From the NCBI GenBank assembly GCA_963558655.1, contig CAUWHJ010000008.1, positions 3,688-67,687 of the forward strand: DNA of 64,000 bases, given 5' to 3'. Source of the DNA: an uncultured Peptococcaceae bacterium. Its GTDB lineage: Bacteria; Bacillota; Peptococcia; Peptococcales; Peptococcaceae. A program made the translations under genes and the position numbers. Shown here in pieces: positions 27,982 to 37,380 of the stretch. Each line of letters starts with the position of its first letter. Position 1 is the stretch's first letter. The notes beneath the pieces are model-generated. The model ran no database searches. It worked only from the letters and a program-made list of their open reading frames with translations, and was not told where the DNA came from.

Positions 27982-28776
27982 CTTTTAATTCGTCGTCGGC
28001 TCAGTTCCTTTCTTCTCCCTTCTTTTGGTTTGGAGAAAAACATAAAGGCATCTATTCCGAAAGGTAGTTGTTCATTGTATAATAGAGCCATTGATTAAAT
28101 GGAAATAGGGAGGGAAAGTATGGCTGTCACTTTTTATATTGTTCGGCATGGCGAAACTTTATTGAATAGTCTAGACAGAGCGCAAGGCTGGAGTGACTCA
28201 CCCCTTACTGATAATGGAAATAGCACTGCGATTGAATTGGGAAATAAACTCAGAGGTACTACTTTTAAAGCAGCATTTACCAGTGACACAATTAGGGCTA
28301 CACAAACAGCAGAATTGATTTTGGCAATGAGTGGGAATGACAATATTAAAATTCAAGATGATAAACGGTTGCGTGAATGGTGCTTAGGTATTATGGAGGG
28401 AGAAAACAACGCAATATTTGTTCAAACTGTATCTAAATGGCTAGGAGAAGTTTCATCATTTGCAGAATTAAATGAGCGTCTTGCCGATGTTGCTTCAGAA
28501 ATTTATAATTATGACACAACAGGTATGGCAGAACCGTTTTCAGCTATTTTAAAGCGTTTGAAAAGCGCTTTTATTGATATGGCTGAATTATATGATGATG
28601 GTGGCAACATATTAGTGGTAACTCATGCTTTTGTGATTAAAACCTTATTCTATCTTTTTTCGCCAGAACAATTATCTGCTGCGTACAATGTTAAAAACGC
28701 TACTATTTTCAAATTAGTATACGATAAAGGCAATTTTCTTTTTCAACATGGTTAAATTATGAGTGCTTAAAAACTG
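27982..28776. mobile_element. AT-rich single-gene insertion (histidine phosphatase cassette) between repeat copies A and B
   Basis: About 35% GC by eye versus about 50% in the flanks. Bracketed by the duplicated gene 3' end and hairpin. No recombinase gene. Confidence 0.5.
28120..28755 (+). CDS. Histidine phosphatase superfamily (phosphoglycerate-mutase-like) protein
   Basis: RHGE motif (IVRHGETLLN) and distal His (VTHAFVIK). ATG 28120 lies behind gggaggga. AT-rich. Confidence 0.85.
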   Translation: MAVTFYIVRHGETLLNSLDRAQGWSDSPLTDNGNSTAIELGNKLRGTTFKAAFTSDTIRATQTAELILAMSGNDNIKIQDDKRLREWCLGIMEGENNAIFVQTVSKWLGEVSSFAELNERLADVASEIYNYDTTGMAEPFSAILKRLKSAFIDMAELYDDGGNILVVTHAFVIKTLFYLFSPEQLSAAYNVKNATIFKLVYDKGNFLFQHG

Positions 28777-28867
28777 GGCTTAGAGAATTATCCGATACGT
28801 TTGCTCACTATTTTCTGTGTGCGCGAGGAAGATGCTATCGCTGCCTTGGCCTCGGATTTACCAATAA
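28777..28867 (+). pseudogene. Orphan, diverged 3' fragment of a homologue of the 83-aa gene
   Basis: Translates GLENYPIRLLTIFCVREEDAIAALAS..., compared with GLGNYPIRLTTIFYVREEDIEAALAL... in the intact gene. No 5' part is present and the terminal codons are out of register with the TAA. Confidence 0.5.
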
Positions 28868-28910
28868 AAAATGCGTCCGCGTGGAAAAATCCTGCGCGGA
28901 CGCATTGTTG
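28777..28910. repeat. Direct repeat copy B (remnant plus hairpin), abutting the stop of the minus-strand holin-like gene
   Basis: See copy A. The hairpin core is at 28873-28881 / 28895-28903 and ends 11 nt from the stop codon at 28921. Confidence 0.8.
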
Positions 28911-28920
28911 TATAGGTGTG

Positions 28921-29262
28921 TTAGTCGCTAATCAGCCAATCAATGATGCCACTGATGACGGTGAGAACCAAGGCAGCGAAAGTAGCTGTCCAGAAGCCGC
29001 CGACATCCATGCCCGGTACGATAAGGGATGTAATCTTGAGCAGGAAGCCGTTGATAACAAAAGTAAACAGACCGAGTGTGATAACATTGATTGGCAGGGT
29101 GAGAATGGTGATAATTGGTTTGATGATGGCGTTGACAATGGTGAGGACAACGGCGCCGAGCACCAAAGCAGCGAGGGTGTCAAAGTAGAGACCCTGTACG
29201 AGTTGGGCGGTGAGATACAGCCCGAGGCAGTAACTTAAAAGATGCACGATGAGAGATTTCAT
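28921..29262 (-). CDS. Phage-holin-family IV / DUF360 (YvlD-like) membrane protein
   Basis: 113 aa with 4 TM. Typical ...AIIKPIITILTLPINVITLGLFTFVINGFLL... pattern. Lies 24 nt downstream of uvrC on the same strand. Confidence 0.8.
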   Translation of the reverse strand: MKSLIVHLLSYCLGLYLTAQLVQGLYFDTLAALVLGAVVLTIVNAIIKPIITILTLPINVITLGLFTFVINGFLLKITSLIVPGMDVGGFWTATFAALVLTVISGIIDWLISD

Positions 29263-29286
29263 AGGGAAACTCCTTTCAAAAAGGGA

Positions 29287-31155
29287 CTATTGTTTGCGCC
29301 TGAGCCGTGCCTGGAGATCTTGATGGGTCTTCAGGTAAGTGTGGATGGTTTCAGCAAGATCATGGCTGATGCCGGGCACTTCGGCGAGCGCGTCTACGTC
29401 TGCACTTTGAATTTTACTAAATGAACCGAAGTGGGTCAAGAGATTCTCTTTGCGTTTTTTGCCAACACCGGGAATATCGTCAAGAATAGATGCCAGCTGA
29501 CGTTTACCGCGCAGGGAGCGATGGTAGGTGATGGCAAAGCGGTGCGATTCGTCTCGCACACGCTGGATGAGATAAAGGGCGTTGGACTGGCGTGGCAGGA
29601 CGATGGGTTCGTCTTCGTTTTCGCGGAAGAGCAGTTCTTCCTGTTTTGCCAGCCCAAAGGTGGGAATGTAGGCGTAACCTTGCTCGCGCATGGCGCGGCG
29701 TGCGTAACCGAGTTGGCCTTTACCGCCGTCAATGATGACGAGATCCGGCAGCCAGGCAAATTTGTCCATTTTGAGCCCGCTTTCCAGCTCTTTGGTGGCG
29801 TGGCTGAAACGGCGGGTGATGACTTCGTACATACTGGCGAAGTCGTTTGGCCCTTCGACGGTTTTAATCTTGAAATGGCGATACTGGCTTTTCATGGGTT
29901 TGCCGGCGACAAAAACGACCATTGAGGCCACAGAGTCGGTGCCTTGAATGTTGGAAATGTCGTAACATTCGATGCGGTTGGGTAAGCGTTCCAACCCCAG
30001 GTAGTTTTTCAGATCGACGAGAGCGCCTTCGGTGCGTTCGCGGGCTACATCACCGGCAACAATGCGCTTGGCAAGGGCTTCTTCAGCGTTGCGACGAACG
30101 AGGTCCATGAGCGCACGGTTTTGTCCTTGTTTGGGAACGTGAAATTGCACTTTGGCACCATGTTTGTCGGTGAGAAGCTGTTCCAGAAGTGTTTCATCAT
30201 CGAAATCCTGGTCGATGTAGATGGTGCGTGGTACGGCTTCTTGTTCAAGGTAAAATTGTTTCATGAAGCTGGAAAATACTTCTTCATCGCTGTCGTCTTT
30301 ACTGGCGTGCAGTGGGTAGGATTCGCGGCCGAGAATTTTGCCGCCGCGCACAAAGAACACCTGCATCATGGCGCCGAGGTCGTTTCGTGCCATGGCGACG
30401 AGGTCGTGATTGCCGGTGTTTTGGCCGGTGGCTTTTTGACGATCGTTGATGACATCGATGGCACGAATTTGGTCGCGTTTTTGTGCTGCTGTTTCAAAAT
30501 CAAGCGCATCGGAGGCAGCGAGCATTTCTTTTTCCAGGCGTTGGCGCAATGGTGCAATGTGGCCGCCGAAGAAATCGGCTACTTGGTCGATCATGGCATT
30601 GTAGTCGCTTTGGCTGATATGTCCAACGCAAGGCCCTTTGCAGAGTCCAAGATGCTCGTTGAGACAGCTCATGCCTTTATTAAACTGGGTGTTCGAGCAG
30701 GTGCGGAAAGGAAAAATGCGGTGGATTAAATCCAGCGTTTCACGTAGCTCAGTGACGTTGGGATAGGGGCCGAAGTAACGGGAACCATCACGGATCACCT
30801 GGCGGGTGATAAAGATGCGAGGGTAATCTTCTTTCGTAATACGGAGGTATGGGTAGGTTTTACCATCTTTGAGGCTGATGTTGTATTTAGGACGGTATTT
30901 TTTGATGAGGTTACACTCAAGCACCAGTGCTTCTGTTTCGTTGTCCACAATAATGTATTCTAAATCCTCAATGTGGCGCACCAGAGCCTTTGTTTTGACG
31001 GCTTCTTTTGGTTGTGTGCGGAAATAGGAGCGCACACGGTTTTTTAGATTGACCGCCTTGCCGACATAGATAATTTTGCCGTCTTTGTCTTTCATCAGAT
31101 AGACGCCGGGGTTTGTCGGCAATGTGGCCAGCTTTTGTTTGATGATGTCGTTCAT
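29287..31155 (-). CDS. uvrC: Excinuclease ABC subunit C
   Basis: GIY-YIG N-terminus (GVYLMKDKDGKIIYVGKA), UVR domain and C-terminal HhH. ATG at 31155 lies behind agaggtg (the track ORF extends to 31245). Confidence 0.95.
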   Translation of the reverse strand: MNDIIKQKLATLPTNPGVYLMKDKDGKIIYVGKAVNLKNRVRSYFRTQPKEAVKTKALVRHIEDLEYIIVDNETEALVLECNLIKKYRPKYNISLKDGKTYPYLRITKEDYPRIFITRQVIRDGSRYFGPYPNVTELRETLDLIHRIFPFRTCSNTQFNKGMSCLNEHLGLCKGPCVGHISQSDYNAMIDQVADFFGGHIAPLRQRLEKEMLAASDALDFETAAQKRDQIRAIDVINDRQKATGQNTGNHDLVAMARNDLGAMMQVFFVRGGKILGRESYPLHASKDDSDEEVFSSFMKQFYLEQEAVPRTIYIDQDFDDETLLEQLLTDKHGAKVQFHVPKQGQNRALMDLVRRNAEEALAKRIVAGDVARERTEGALVDLKNYLGLERLPNRIECYDISNIQGTDSVASMVVFVAGKPMKSQYRHFKIKTVEGPNDFASMYEVITRRFSHATKELESGLKMDKFAWLPDLVIIDGGKGQLGYARRAMREQGYAYIPTFGLAKQEELLFRENEDEPIVLPRQSNALYLIQRVRDESHRFAITYHRSLRGKRQLASILDDIPGVGKKRKENLLTHFGSFSKIQSADVDALAEVPGISHDLAETIHTYLKTHQDLQARLRRKQ

Positions 31156-31229
31156 GGACGGGACACCTCTGTTTATGATGATGTTACTATGATACCACAA
31201 GCGCGGGGTGCTGGCAAAAAATGAAAAAA

Positions 31230-31246
31230 CGTCAAAAAAGGTCAAA
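31230..31246 (+). promoter_or_regulatory. CtsR operator 1
   Basis: cGTCAAA-AAA-GGTCAAA matches the heptad direct repeat consensus (A/G)GTCAAA-NAN-(A/G)GTCAAA. Confidence 0.65.
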
Positions 31247-31315
31247 AAGTTGATGGTATATGATTATCTGTGATTAAAGGTAATTATAGATGATTATTGC
31301 AAAATAAGAACATGG

Positions 31316-31333
31316 TTTGACCAATATTTGACC
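31316..31333 (-). promoter_or_regulatory. CtsR operator 2 (inverted orientation, 4-nt spacer)
   Basis: TTTGACC-aata-TTTGACC, which reads GGTCAAA-tatt-GGTCAAA on the minus strand. It abuts the predicted -35. Confidence 0.55.
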
Positions 31334-31361
31334 TTGCGTTTTCCCAGTGGTGCGCTATAAT
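31334..31361 (+). promoter_or_regulatory. Promoter of the ctsR operon
   Basis: TTGCGT (31334-31339), 16-nt spacer, TATAAT (31356-31361). Confidence 0.55.
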
Positions 31362-31371
31362 AATGACATAA

Positions 31372-31388
31372 GGTCAATAAAGGTCAAG
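31372..31388 (+). promoter_or_regulatory. CtsR operator 3
   Basis: GGTCAAT-AAA-GGTCAAG with canonical 3-nt spacing, located just downstream of the -10. Confidence 0.65.
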
Positions 31389-31403
31389 AGTGAGGTGAGA
31401 AAA

Positions 31404-31934
31404 ATGGGCAGTCTATCCCATGATATTGAACTGTATTTGAAAAAAATGTTGGCTCAAGCAGATGGAGGTGTCCTGATTGTTCAGCGCAGTGTTTTATCCG
31501 AAAAATTTTGCTGTGTGCCCAGTCAGATTAACTATGTTTTGCAAACACGCTTTACACCTGCCAATGGCTATGTGGTAGAAACGCGCCGTGGCGGTGGGGG
31601 GTATGTGCGGATTCAAGCCATTCCGCTCAACGATGCCCATGATTTCCGCCCGTTGATGGAGGCATCTGGAAAAAGTTTAACAGAAAAACAGGCCGAGGGC
31701 ATTTTAACCTATTTGGTGGAAGAAAAAGTGCTGCCGCCAGATGTTGGCACGCTGCTTTCGGCGATTATGAAAGAGCGTGTGTTGCAGCCGCTGCGTTCGC
31801 TCTCGACCAATGAGATGCGTGCGCGCTTGATGGTGCAGCTGTTGGCACACATGAGCATCGGCTCGCAAGATGAAAAACAAACGACCGTTTCTGCCGATGA
31901 AGAGACGGATGACGATAACAATATAAAGGAGTAA
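31404..31934 (+). CDS. ctsR: Class III stress-gene repressor CtsR
   Basis: MGSLSHDIELYLKKML...SQINYVLQTRFT...VETRRGGGGYVRI is typical of CtsR. ATG 31404 lies behind gtgaggtgag. Confidence 0.9.
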   Translation: MGSLSHDIELYLKKMLAQADGGVLIVQRSVLSEKFCCVPSQINYVLQTRFTPANGYVVETRRGGGGYVRIQAIPLNDAHDFRPLMEASGKSLTEKQAEGILTYLVEEKVLPPDVGTLLSAIMKERVLQPLRSLSTNEMRARLMVQLLAHMSIGSQDEKQTTVSADEETDDDNNIKE

Positions 31935-31940
31935 TGACTT

Positions 31941-32510
31941 ATGTTATGTGAAAAATGCAGACAGCGCGAGGCTACCGTTCATAAACAAGTGATTATCAAT
32001 GGCGTTGCACACAGTGAGCACCTTTGTGCGGAATGTGCAGCCAAGGCGCGTGGTGGCAGAGATCCGTTCGCATCGTTTTTCCATAACGCGCTTTTTGGCG
32101 ATGGCTTTTTTGGACAGCCTTTCACAAACTGGTTAGAACCGTTCTTTGGGTTTGGTGGCCAAGCAATACAGCAGACGGAGAACAATGAGGGCGTCGGTGT
32201 ATGTCCATCTTGTGGTATGAGTTGGGATGAATTTCAACGCAATGGTTTCCTTGGTTGCAATGACTGCTATGAACATTTCAAGGAAGCGTTACCACCACTT
32301 ATGCAAGAATTGCACAATGGAACGACTGCACAAACCATATCAAAAACAACCAACGCTGCATCTGCGGCACCAATGAGCGCCAAAGAGCATCTCGAGCAGG
32401 AAATGGCACGGGCGATTGAAGCTGAAAACTTTGAAGAAGCAGCTCGTTTGCGTGATGCCATTAAGGCGTTGGAACAAGCAGGAAACGGCGACAGTTCAGC
32501 AACAGTCTGA
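31941..32510 (+). CDS. mcsA: McsA-like protein (Zn fingers plus UVR motif)
   Basis: CEKC...CAEC and CPSCG...CNDC pairs, with a C-terminal UVR-like IEAENFEEAARLRDAIKALE. Collinear with B. subtilis McsA. Confidence 0.8.
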   Translation: MLCEKCRQREATVHKQVIINGVAHSEHLCAECAAKARGGRDPFASFFHNALFGDGFFGQPFTNWLEPFFGFGGQAIQQTENNEGVGVCPSCGMSWDEFQRNGFLGCNDCYEHFKEALPPLMQELHNGTTAQTISKTTNAASAAPMSAKEHLEQEMARAIEAENFEEAARLRDAIKALEQAGNGDSSATV

Positions 32511-32550
32511 AACAATTACATACAATCATCCTTAAAAGGAGTGAACTTAT

Positions 32551-35016
32551 ATGGCAACTTTTAATTTTACAGAAAACGCAAAAATGGCACTGGCGTATGC
32601 TCAGGAAGAAGCCCTGCATATGCACCACCGCATGATTGGTACGGAGCATTTGTTGTTGGGGTTGATGCGTGCCGGTGGGATTGCCTCAAGCGTGCTTCAA
32701 ACGCTGCACGTTGATCAGGATAAAATTCGCCGTGATATTATCGGCATGGTTGGCGAAGGCAAGGAAGCCGTGAATGCCAATCAGCTGGCGTACACGCCGC
32801 GTGTGAAACGTTGCTTTGAGTTGGCATGGAGTTTGGCGGTGCGTTTACGCATGAACAGTATTGCCACGGAACATTTGTTGGTAGCGATGCTGCAATCGGG
32901 CGATGGCGTGGCTTTTCAGGCACTGGTCGATCAAGGCGTTACCTTGGAACAAATTGTGCGCGAGGTGAACAACCACTATGGTGGCGGTGTTTTTCAGCAG
33001 AAACAGCCTGGGCAAGGCGGGATGCCTGATGAATACGGCGCACAGGAAGGCGGTAACGGCAAAGGCAATGCCCTTGAGGAATATGGCCGCAATCTTAACC
33101 AGATGGCAAAAGAGGGCAAGATTGATCCGGTGATTGGGCGCAGCAAAGAGATTGAGCGTGTTATTCAGATTCTTATTCGCCGTACCAAAAACAATCCTGT
33201 GCTCATCGGTGAACCTGGCGTTGGTAAGACTGCTATTGCCGAAGGTTTGGCACAGCGCATTGTCAGCGGCGAGGTGCCGGAACTTTTGAAAGACAAAGAA
33301 ATCATCAATGTAGACATGGGTGGTCTTGTTGCCGGTAGCAAATACCGTGGTGATTTTGAAGAACGTGTGAAAAACATCATCGAAGAAGTGAAGAGTCGCA
33401 AGAACGTGATTCTCTTTATTGATGAATTGCATACCATCGTTGGTGCCGGTGCTGCGGAAGGCTCGCTTGATGCGGCAAACATTCTCAAGCCAGAATTGGC
33501 GCGTGGTGAATTGCAGGTAATTGGTGCCACCACCCTTGATGAATACCGTAAGTATATTGAAAAAGATGCGGCACTGGAACGTCGTTTCCAGCCTGTCACC
33601 GTAGACGAACCAACGGTGGACGATGTCATCGACATTTTGCGCGGCATCAAAGACAAATACGAAGCATTCCATAATGTAGAAATCGAAGATGCAGCCATCA
33701 TCAGTGCTGTGAAACTCTCTGACCGTTACATTAACGACCGCCAGCTTCCGGATAAAGCCATCGACCTGATAGACGAAGCCTGCTCGCGTGTGCGGCTGCG
33801 CCATAATGTGGCACCGGATACCATTCAGAAAATGGAAGCTGAGCTGGAAGGGTTGATAGGCGAAATGGAAGCCGCCATTCAGGCGCAGGCTTTTGAAAAA
33901 GCGGCAGAAATACGTGATAAAAAGAAAGTCTTGCAGGAACAGCTCACCAGCGCTCGTGACGCCTGGGATAAACAAAACAAGACCAGTCATCAGGTGGTAA
34001 CGGCTGAAGACATTGCCGAAGTGGTGTCGAATTGGTCCGGCGTGCCTGTGACCAAACTCACTGAAGAGGACAGCGAACGTTTGCTGCATCTTGAAACCAT
34101 TCTGCATGAGCGTGTCGTGGGGCAGGATGAAGCGGTTACTGCTGTCAGCAAAGCGGTTCGCCGTGCACACAGCGGTTTGAAAGATGCCAAACGCCCAATT
34201 GGCAGCTTCCTCTTCCTTGGGCCTACCGGTGTTGGTAAAACCGAATTGGCGAAAGCCCTTGCGGAAGCCCTCTTTGACGATGAAAATGCCATGGTGCGTA
34301 TCGACATGAGCGAGTACATGGAAAAATTTGCTGTCAGCCGCCTTGTTGGGGCGCCTCCAGGATATGTTGGCTATGACGAAGGCGGTCAGCTCACCGAAGC
34401 GGTGCGCCGCAAACCATACAGCGTCATCTTGCTTGACGAAATCGAAAAAGCGCATCCAGATGTGTTCAACATTCTTTTGCAAGTGTTGGACGATGGCCGT
34501 CTTACCGACAGTCAGGGACGTGTGGTTGACTTCAAAAACACCGTTATCATCATGACCTCTAACCTTGGCAGCCAAGCCATCATGAACAGCAAAACGCTGG
34601 GCTTTACCAGTGAAAGCGACGACCAGGAAAAAACGGACTATGAAGCCATGAAATCACGTGTGATGGACAACCTCAAGAAAGCTTTCCGTCCGGAATTTCT
34701 CAACCGTATTGATGACATTGTCGTCTTCCATCCACTTACGGCTGACGAACTGAAAGAAATCGTTGGCATCATGATGAAAGACCTTAAAAAGCGTCTTGCC
34801 GATCGTGACCTCAAAATCAGCATGAGCGATGAGGCGTTGGAAGAAATAGCCAAAGTTGGCTACGACCCAGAATTTGGCGCTCGTCCACTGCGCCGCGCTA
34901 TTCAGAATCAGATTGAAGACCCACTCGCCGATGATCTTCTTGCCGGTAAATTCAAAGCCGGCGACACCATTCATGTCAGCGTGAACGAGGACAAACAATT
35001 TGTTTTTGAAAAGTGA
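32551..35016 (+). CDS. clpC: ATP-dependent Clp protease ATPase subunit ClpC
   Basis: Double Clp_N repeat. Two AAA+ modules ([25 protein letters not shown]). UVR-like linker. Confidence 0.95.
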   Translation: MATFNFTENAKMALAYAQEEALHMHHRMIGTEHLLLGLMRAGGIASSVLQTLHVDQDKIRRDIIGMVGEGKEAVNANQLAYTPRVKRCFELAWSLAVRLRMNSIATEHLLVAMLQSGDGVAFQALVDQGVTLEQIVREVNNHYGGGVFQQKQPGQGGMPDEYGAQEGGNGKGNALEEYGRNLNQMAKEGKIDPVIGRSKEIERVIQILIRRTKNNPVLIGEPGVGKTAIAEGLAQRIVSGEVPELLKDKEIINVDMGGLVAGSKYRGDFEERVKNIIEEVKSRKNVILFIDELHTIVGAGAAEGSLDAANILKPELARGELQVIGATTLDEYRKYIEKDAALERRFQPVTVDEPTVDDVIDILRGIKDKYEAFHNVEIEDAAIISAVKLSDRYINDRQLPDKAIDLIDEACSRVRLRHNVAPDTIQKMEAELEGLIGEMEAAIQAQAFEKAAEIRDKKKVLQEQLTSARDAWDKQNKTSHQVVTAEDIAEVVSNWSGVPVTKLTEEDSERLLHLETILHERVVGQDEAVTAVSKAVRRAHSGLKDAKRPIGSFLFLGPTGVGKTELAKALAEALFDDENAMVRIDMSEYMEKFAVSRLVGAPPGYVGYDEGGQLTEAVRRKPYSVILLDEIEKAHPDVFNILLQVLDDGRLTDSQGRVVDFKNTVIIMTSNLGSQAIMNSKTLGFTSESDDQEKTDYEAMKSRVMDNLKKAFRPEFLNRIDDIVVFHPLTADELKEIVGIMMKDLKKRLADRDLKISMSDEALEEIAKVGYDPEFGARPLRRAIQNQIEDPLADDLLAGKFKAGDTIHVSVNEDKQFVFEK

Positions 35017-35030
35017 TTACAATAAGCGCA

Positions 35031-35068
35031 AAAAAGCATCGATCCTTTGAAAAGGATCGATGCTTTTT
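35031..35068. terminator. Bidirectional intrinsic terminator after clpC
   Basis: aaaaa-gcatcgatcc-tttgaaaa-ggatcgatgc-ttttt: a perfect 10-bp stem flanked by A and T tracts. Confidence 0.9.
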
Positions 35069-35080
35069 GTTGTTTATGTG

Positions 35081-35144
35081 GCGTTTATTCAACCGAAAAG
35101 GCGGCGCACACATGGGCGAGGACGCCGCTTGGCATGGCGTTTTC
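35081..35144. repeat. Left copy of the 64-nt direct repeat (attL-like); the 44-nt perfect core is 35101-35144
   Basis: 35101-35144 is identical to 40091-40134. 35081-35100 matches 40071-40090 at 15/20 nt. Confidence 0.9.
35085..35144 (-). pseudogene. Orphan 3' terminal fragment of the M20 amidohydrolase gene
   Basis: The minus strand reads ENAMPSGVLAHVCAAFSVE-stop, compared with ENAMPSGVLAHVCAALSVE-stop at the end of the intact gene 40075..41223. Confidence 0.75.
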
Positions 35145-35251
35145 CATCATAAAGGGGTGGTAAATATTATATGAACGATTTTTCATGCGATTGTTAGGGC
35201 GGGTGTTAAATAAAATATTGCACAAGTTGCAACATGATAAAGATACTGTAA

Positions 35252-35280
35252 TTCACATAAGATTAATTTATCGATATAAT
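35252..35280 (+). promoter_or_regulatory. Promoter of the islet phosphodiesterase-permease operon
   Basis: TTCACA (35252-35257), 17-nt spacer, TATAAT (35275-35280). Confidence 0.45.
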
Positions 35281-35326
35281 AAGCGTAAAGAGGTGACAAA
35301 TAAACAATTTGAATGGAGGGTCTATT

Positions 35327-37363
35327 ATGTTTGAGAAAAAAACTGACAAAGTCATTGTCTTAGGTGTTGATGGTTTTGATCCTAGATTGGCAAAATATTT
35401 CATGGATCAAGGAAAAATGCCAGCACTTAAAACATATATGGAAAAAGGGGCTGCGAGAGGAGATATGGTCTTGCTCGGCGGAATGCCTACCGTTACTCCG
35501 CCAATGTGGACAACTTTAGCAACCGGTGCTTATCCGGTGACGCATGGTATTACAGCGTTTTTTGGACAACATCCAGACAAACTAGATACATGTACTTATA
35601 ATTTGGATTCACGTTTATGCAGAGCAGAACAATTGTGGAATGTAACGGCAGAAGCGGGAAAGAAAACCTTAGTGTGGCATTGGCCAGGGTCAAGCTGGCC
35701 ACCAAGTAGCGATAGTCCAAATCTTTCAGTTGTAGATGGTACTCAACCAACAGCTATCAATCTTGGAACTGCATGTATAGATCAATCAATCCTTGGGATG
35801 GCAGATGAAAACATTCCTTCTGTTTTGTTTCATTCTCATGATGCTCCAGCGGATGGTGTTAATGGCTGTGTTATTACGGGGCTAGAGGATATGGTAGCGA
35901 AACAGAACAATGAAAATAAAAAAGGTAGAGGGGCTAGTGCTATATTAAAAGGTGAGAAAGAATTTAAAAATTTAATTATGAACGATGATGAAACAGAAAT
36001 TAATACGTTAGCTGAAATCGCAACGGACGTATGTAATAGTCCAATTACAATGGCAAAAGGTTGGTCGAAAGAGGTTGGTGACAGTAAAGAATTTACCATT
36101 CTAACTTCAAATGGGTTTGTACATAGACCATGTTTGATTGTGAAAAATGACAATGGTGTTTACGATCATATTGAAATTTATGCTAATAAAAAAGAAAGTA
36201 TGCCGATTGCGGTAGTGTATCCAGATACATATCATATAGATATTGTCGATAAGGTTTTGCACAATGATAAACAGATTGATGCAAATCGTAATATGGTAAT
36301 TTTTGATCTAGCAGAAGATGGCTCTTATATTCGTTATTGGTTGAGTAGGGCCTATGATATTCATTCAGACCTTGTTTGGCATCCGAAAGACCTTTATAGT
36401 GAAGTGGTTGAAAATGTCGGATATGTGCCACCGATCTGTATGTTAAGTGCAAAGAACCATGATTTTGTGGAAAAAGGTATTTTAAAAAGTTGGGATTATT
36501 ATTGTGATTGGCAGGCAAAAGCATTAACCTATTTCATGGATAATGAGAAATATGATGTTATTTTCTCGCATCTTCATAATATTGATGGCGTTGGGCATCT
36601 GTTCTGGCATTATGCAAAGCATAGTGACGAATGGGGAAACGATGAAGAATTTTATCAGAAAGCTTTTGAATATATGTATCAGCAAACAGATTGTTATTTT
36701 GGAAGATTCTTGAAATATCTTGATGAAGGTTGGACCATTATTTTAACATCGGATCATGGCTTAATTACAGAAGAATACCATCCGCCTATTTTGACTGAAG
36801 GAACGGTTAGTGTCCCTGTTATGGAAGAATTAGGATATACCGTATTGAAGAAAGATGAAAATGGTAACAAGTTAAGGGAAATTGACTGGGATAAAACAAA
36901 AGCTATCGCTATTAGAGGTGGTCATATTTATATTAATCTGAAGGGGAGAAATACAACTGGCATTGTAGCTCCAGAAGATAAATATGAATTGGAAGGTCAA
37001 ATTATTTCTGATTTATATAATTATAGAGATCCAAGAACAAATAAACGTGTTGTAGCTATAGCACTAAGAAATAAAGACGCTGTTCTTCTTGGTCTTGGTG
37101 GGGATCAATGTGGCGATATTATCTTCTTCATGGAAGAAGGGTTTAATATCATTCACATGGATTCGCTTTCAACTCAAAATGGCTACTTCCATACATCTGT
37201 TTCACCATTCTTTATTGCTGCTGGGGCTGGTATTAAGTCTAACTATCGTACCGATAGATATATTCGTCAAGTAGATGTTACTCCAACTATTGCGGCTTTA
37301 CTTGGTGTTCATTTGCCAAAACAGTCAGAAGGTTCTATCGTACATCAGATTTTTGAAGATTAA
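35327..37363 (+). CDS. Alkaline-phosphatase-superfamily enzyme, nucleotide pyrophosphatase/phosphodiesterase (NPP)-like, cytoplasmic
   Basis: Metal ligand VLGVDGFDP. Nucleophile region MPTVTPPMWTTLATGAYPVTHGI. Distal HLHNIDGVGH and LTSDHG. No signal peptide. ATG 35327 lies 6 nt behind ggaggg. Confidence 0.8.
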   Translation: MFEKKTDKVIVLGVDGFDPRLAKYFMDQGKMPALKTYMEKGAARGDMVLLGGMPTVTPPMWTTLATGAYPVTHGITAFFGQHPDKLDTCTYNLDSRLCRAEQLWNVTAEAGKKTLVWHWPGSSWPPSSDSPNLSVVDGTQPTAINLGTACIDQSILGMADENIPSVLFHSHDAPADGVNGCVITGLEDMVAKQNNENKKGRGASAILKGEKEFKNLIMNDDETEINTLAEIATDVCNSPITMAKGWSKEVGDSKEFTILTSNGFVHRPCLIVKNDNGVYDHIEIYANKKESMPIAVVYPDTYHIDIVDKVLHNDKQIDANRNMVIFDLAEDGSYIRYWLSRAYDIHSDLVWHPKDLYSEVVENVGYVPPICMLSAKNHDFVEKGILKSWDYYCDWQAKALTYFMDNEKYDVIFSHLHNIDGVGHLFWHYAKHSDEWGNDEEFYQKAFEYMYQQTDCYFGRFLKYLDEGWTIILTSDHGLITEEYHPPILTEGTVSVPVMEELGYTVLKKDENGNKLREIDWDKTKAIAIRGGHIYINLKGRNTTGIVAPEDKYELEGQIISDLYNYRDPRTNKRVVAIALRNKDAVLLGLGGDQCGDIIFFMEEGFNIIHMDSLSTQNGYFHTSVSPFFIAAGAGIKSNYRTDRYIRQVDVTPTIAALLGVHLPKQSEGSIVHQIFED

Positions 37364-37380
37364 AGTGTTATTCTAATAGT

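Noticed and set aside
28801-29238. 145-aa plus-strand ORF.
   Set aside because: Its 5' part is the orphan repeat remnant (copy B). The rest is antisense to the well-supported DUF360 holin-family gene 28921..29262. The open frame is probably fortuitous read-through.
28921-31155. uvrC followed 24 nt later by a phage-holin-family gene, considered as a possible prophage remnant or lysis cassette.
   Set aside because: DUF360/YvlD-type proteins are widespread housekeeping-like membrane proteins. There are no endolysin, phage structural or regulatory genes nearby, and the GC content is core-like.
32845-34575. 576-aa ORF antisense to clpC.
   Set aside because: The plus strand encodes a motif-perfect ClpC. 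The antisense product is compositionally odd (F/H/N/C-rich) with no motifs. Long open antisense frames are expected where the sense codon usage avoids TTA/CTA/TCA in that phase.
35251-35267. ATT-N11-AAT dyad overlapping the -35 of the islet operon, as a possible LysR (T-N11-A) box.
   Set aside because: The motif has too little information content in ~35% GC DNA to be called from sequence alone. I mention it only as something to test.
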